From: Eledone cirrhosa
Taxonomy: Eukaryota
Assembly (NCBI GenBank): GCA_964016885.1
Contig: OZ024746.1
Location: forward strand, 61,938,001-62,002,000
Direction of reading: 5' to 3'
DNA length: 64,000 bases
Within the stretch, counting starts at the first letter, position 1; each line of letters begins with the position of its first letter. The position numbers and the translations under genes are program-made. Below, piece by piece: positions 60,601-64,000 of this stretch. The notes below the pieces were generated by a model that ran no database searches, was not told the DNA's origin, and saw nothing but the letters and a program-made list of their open reading frames with translations.

Positions 60601-60877
60601 TTTACACATACACATATTAACAGGTACATTTACACATACGAATATTAAGATACATTTACACATACACATATAACAGATACATTTACACATACACATATTA
60701 ACAGGTAGATTTACACATACCAATATTAACAACTACATTTACACATACACATATTAATAGGTACATTTACACATACACATATTAACAGATACATTTACAC
60801 ACACACATATTAACAGATACATTTACACATACACATATTAACAACTACATTTACACATACACATATTAACAGGTACC
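51660..60877. repeat. 28-bp satellite ACATTTACACATACACATATTAACAG(G/A)T, ~330 units
   Basis: Direct reading; degenerate precursor zone 50660-51660. Confidence 0.97.
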
Positions 60878-60892
60878 TATGTATGTTTATTT

Positions 60893-60961
<69 letters not shown>

Positions 60962-61089
60962 CATATTGACCATCGATACCCATAAATATTATAGTGGTGT
61001 ATAGTACATACTCAACCTCATATATAGTCATGTTTTTATAGAATATATTGAATTAAAAAAACGTTTCTTCACTATACGTGGGAGTATGT

Positions 61090-61121
<32 letters not shown>

Positions 61122-61123
<2 letters not shown>

Positions 61124-61470
61124 AAGGCGGGTAAAATTCTCGAGATCCATGGACGAGTTCTCTCCAGCGGTCTCTGTCCCTCATTACCGCTGCCATGTTC
61201 TGCGCCTCCAACAGACCAATGTCTGTCCTTAGGGCATCAACATACGTTAACCTTGGTCTTCCTCTTCTAGTGTGTCCATGTAGGGGCTCCCAAAGGAGCA
61301 CTGAGTGCAATGTCAACTCTGGATGTGGGTAAGCATGTCTAGCTAACCTCAGTCTCCTCTGTGTCACTTTTGAGCTAACTTTTGGGATGCTCCCATACAG
61401 CTCTGAGTTTTTCATCCTCAGTGTATACTGATTAATGTTCAGAACCATCCTCAGCATTCTCGTATATACA
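61122..61470 (-). mobile_element. LINE C-terminal fragment (RTE/RTE-X-like)
   Basis: YTRMLRMVLNI..NSELYG..RRLRLARH..VLLWEP.HG..RRGRPRLTYVDAL. Confidence 0.85.
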
Positions 61471-61727
61471 TGTATGTAAATATGTGTGCGTGTGTGTGTG
61501 CGTGTGAGTGACACAAATACAAGATGCTGTAGGACAGAACAAAGGAGAGACAGGAAAATAACAAATTACTCATTGACGAGGTTGCAGAATGTGTGACGAT
61601 GGAGCTTTGACAATAAACAAGCAAAGATTCCGGTTATTAAAACAACCAACTGGAAATTTTTAATATATTGAAGTGAAAACGAGCAGATGCGTATGTTTTT
61701 ATTGGTAGCATGATCCTCCCATACTAT

Positions 61728-61814
<87 letters not shown>

Positions 61815-61818
<4 letters not shown>

Positions 61819-62007
61819 AACGAGTAGGACCCCGACGGCTGAGCTCAAGCCGTTTCGACGGATAATTCTTGTCCAGAATTAGCCGTCGAAACGGCTTGAG
61901 CTCAGCCGTCGGGGTCCTACTCGTTCCTATTACCCACTCTACTACCCTTAAGTATTGTGTACTTTGGTGCGTTATGGTCCACCTGGTTCCTTACCACATT
62001 TCCTTCG

Positions 62008-62009
<2 letters not shown>
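61815..62009 (+). mobile_element. Family C element; fold-back 61815-61930 centred on stem II
   Basis: Same structure and breakpoints as 31421-31614. Confidence 0.82.
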
Positions 62010-62079
<70 letters not shown>

Positions 62080-62471
62080 CAGGGTCACCCAACCACGCAC
62101 TGTAAACATGGTTGGTGTTACAAAGAGCATCCAGCAGCCGTAAAAACTCACCCCACACACGCGGTCCCACAAGGAGCAAGATACGGCGCGGCCAACTGGA
62201 CAGAATTTTATCGTAACGAGACCACCCAGCTACCAAAATACGGCCTAACCAATACATAAAGAGTGGATCTGTAACCCAGGAAGAGCGCCAAATCATTGTA
62301 AGATATACAGTAACTCCGTAGTCATGCATAATTGTATGTACACACGTATGCATGTGTGCATGCAAGCATGTCATTGCTCTGTGTCTATTTATATATGTTT
62401 GATTTATATATGTGTACATGCATATTTTACCCTGATTATATACGTGATTATGTACATATACTACAGGCTAT

Positions 62472-62668
62472 CATACCAGTCAACTCTCCCCGTCCGAGAT
62501 GGGGAGATCTCCCACCCACTTTGGGGTAGGTGAGAGATGTCTTCTCTTGTGAAAATGGATATAGCTTTCATTATATAAAATCTCCCCATTTTGCCTCATT
62601 TCTCTCCGTTTTGGGGCACTTCTTTTCATGGTACTCCCGGTTTTGGTTTTTAGAGGTTGGCAGGTCTG
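62472..62668. mobile_element. hAT-like MITE with 6-bp TSD
   Basis: Ends CATACCAGTCAAC / GTTGGCAGGTCTG; GGCTAT on both sides. Confidence 0.65.
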
Positions 62669-63026
62669 GGCTATACTGGAGTTCATTACGTGATTTAACA
62701 GTTCAATTAACGGCTTGTATTATTAAATTCTAATTAACCGTGTCGTTTACTATCTTATGAAGCCTAGTGCAGTATTTCAAAATTGGTGTTGAGGCTGTTA
62801 TTGACTAAACTGTACCCAAGAAATCACTGGTATAATTCTAAAGTTACAGCGGGAGTACAACGTCTGCTAGGCACATATAAAATCAGATAGTTTTTTTTTT
62901 TTTTTTACTGTTTACACAGGTTCATTAACCTAGTAATAATTTATAGAATTGGGACTGAACTCGCATTATGATCAACACCACATGTGACCACTGCATATCT
63001 GTACGTACACACATACATACATACAC

Positions 63027-63057
<31 letters not shown>

Positions 63058-63475
63058 TACATACACACACACACATACATACACACATGCATACATACGT
63101 ACACACATACACACAAACATACATACATACATACATACATACATACATACATACATACATACATACATACATACATACAGACATACAATTAGTTAGGAAA
63201 TTACAAGTACAATCCATTAATGAAACAGTAAAAATATGTAAAATATTCCAAATATTTTGCATCTAATAACTGCATATACACATGTACAGATACTAAGCAT
63301 ATACACATGCACACATACAATAACATCCATATCTACACATGCAGACATACATACATATCTACCTAGTTGATGTTGTGTAAATTCCAATGAGAGAGTCTTG
63401 TGTCTATGTTAGAAACCAACTCTCTCTCTATTGCAAAAATTTGTGAAATTATAAAACCAGAACATATATACATAC

Positions 63476-64000
63476 ATGGTGGCTGCCAACTCGTTTTCGA
63501 GTACGGCCACTACTTTATATCCATGTAGGAGAACCCATACCGATGCGCTAAACAAGTGTAACTTTTTAGTCCAGCAAGTGACTTGAAAACTCTGGTACAA
63601 ACACTACACTTGTGACAATTATTGACACAAAGTGCAGAGAGATCTCCAGATATAAAGCAATGCCTGTGCCGTGAAGCTTTTATAGTGAGCAAAGGGACTG
63701 CACAAAGCCAGTCCCACTCTCTTAACCAAGATGATATTTACCAAAAAGAAGAACAAGTCAACATCATTGGATACCATCAGAGTTGCAGGTGTTATATTAG
63801 AGTTTTCCTTCTCCTAGAATTCTGCCTTGACAAAGGCTAAGGGGTCATCTCTCCCGGTGATTTTGGATGGCCATTGACTCTTAAGAGCTCCTTTGCCCTT
63901 TGACAGGTTTTGTTTTTAGTCCTGCAGGATGTCCAAAGTCACCCTCCTCACCAAGAAACCTTGGTAGGGTTGCCAGTTTAGTCGCCAACGACCCGACCAT
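63476..64000 (-). mobile_element. Bipartite RTE derivative (runs off the window)
   Basis: Reverse complement of 43921-44431. Confidence 0.82.

Noticed and set aside
51660-60877. Telomeric or CRISPR array
   Set aside because: No TTAGGG-type unit and no spacers; ordinary satellite

Overview
AT-rich, microsatellite-saturated eukaryotic DNA. The SINE, LINE and microsatellite content resembles an octopus/coleoid cephalopod genome (inference). No intact protein-coding gene is evident, and almost all supplied ORFs are translations of simple repeats. The window holds decayed LINE fragments (RTE, R4/Dong-like, L1/Tx1-like, a Penelope-like GIY-YIG end), many tRNA-derived SINEs, two Helitrons, several MITEs and three tandem arrays (16 bp, ~28 bp, and a 9.2 kb 28-bp array). 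The main signal is that many short unique islands between (TA)n tracts carry type I hammerhead ribozyme motifs. I read about 14 with a complete CUGANGA/GAAA/NUH core by eye, plus about 20 decayed or half copies, in at least 8 sequence families. They are usually followed by AATAAA and end directly on (TA)n. Many are fold-back palindromes whose axis falls in hammerhead stem II. This looks like a (TA)n-targeted, ribozyme-bearing Penelope/retrozyme-like system. A repeat-poor island at 24.2-27.5 kb has possible small minus-strand exons.
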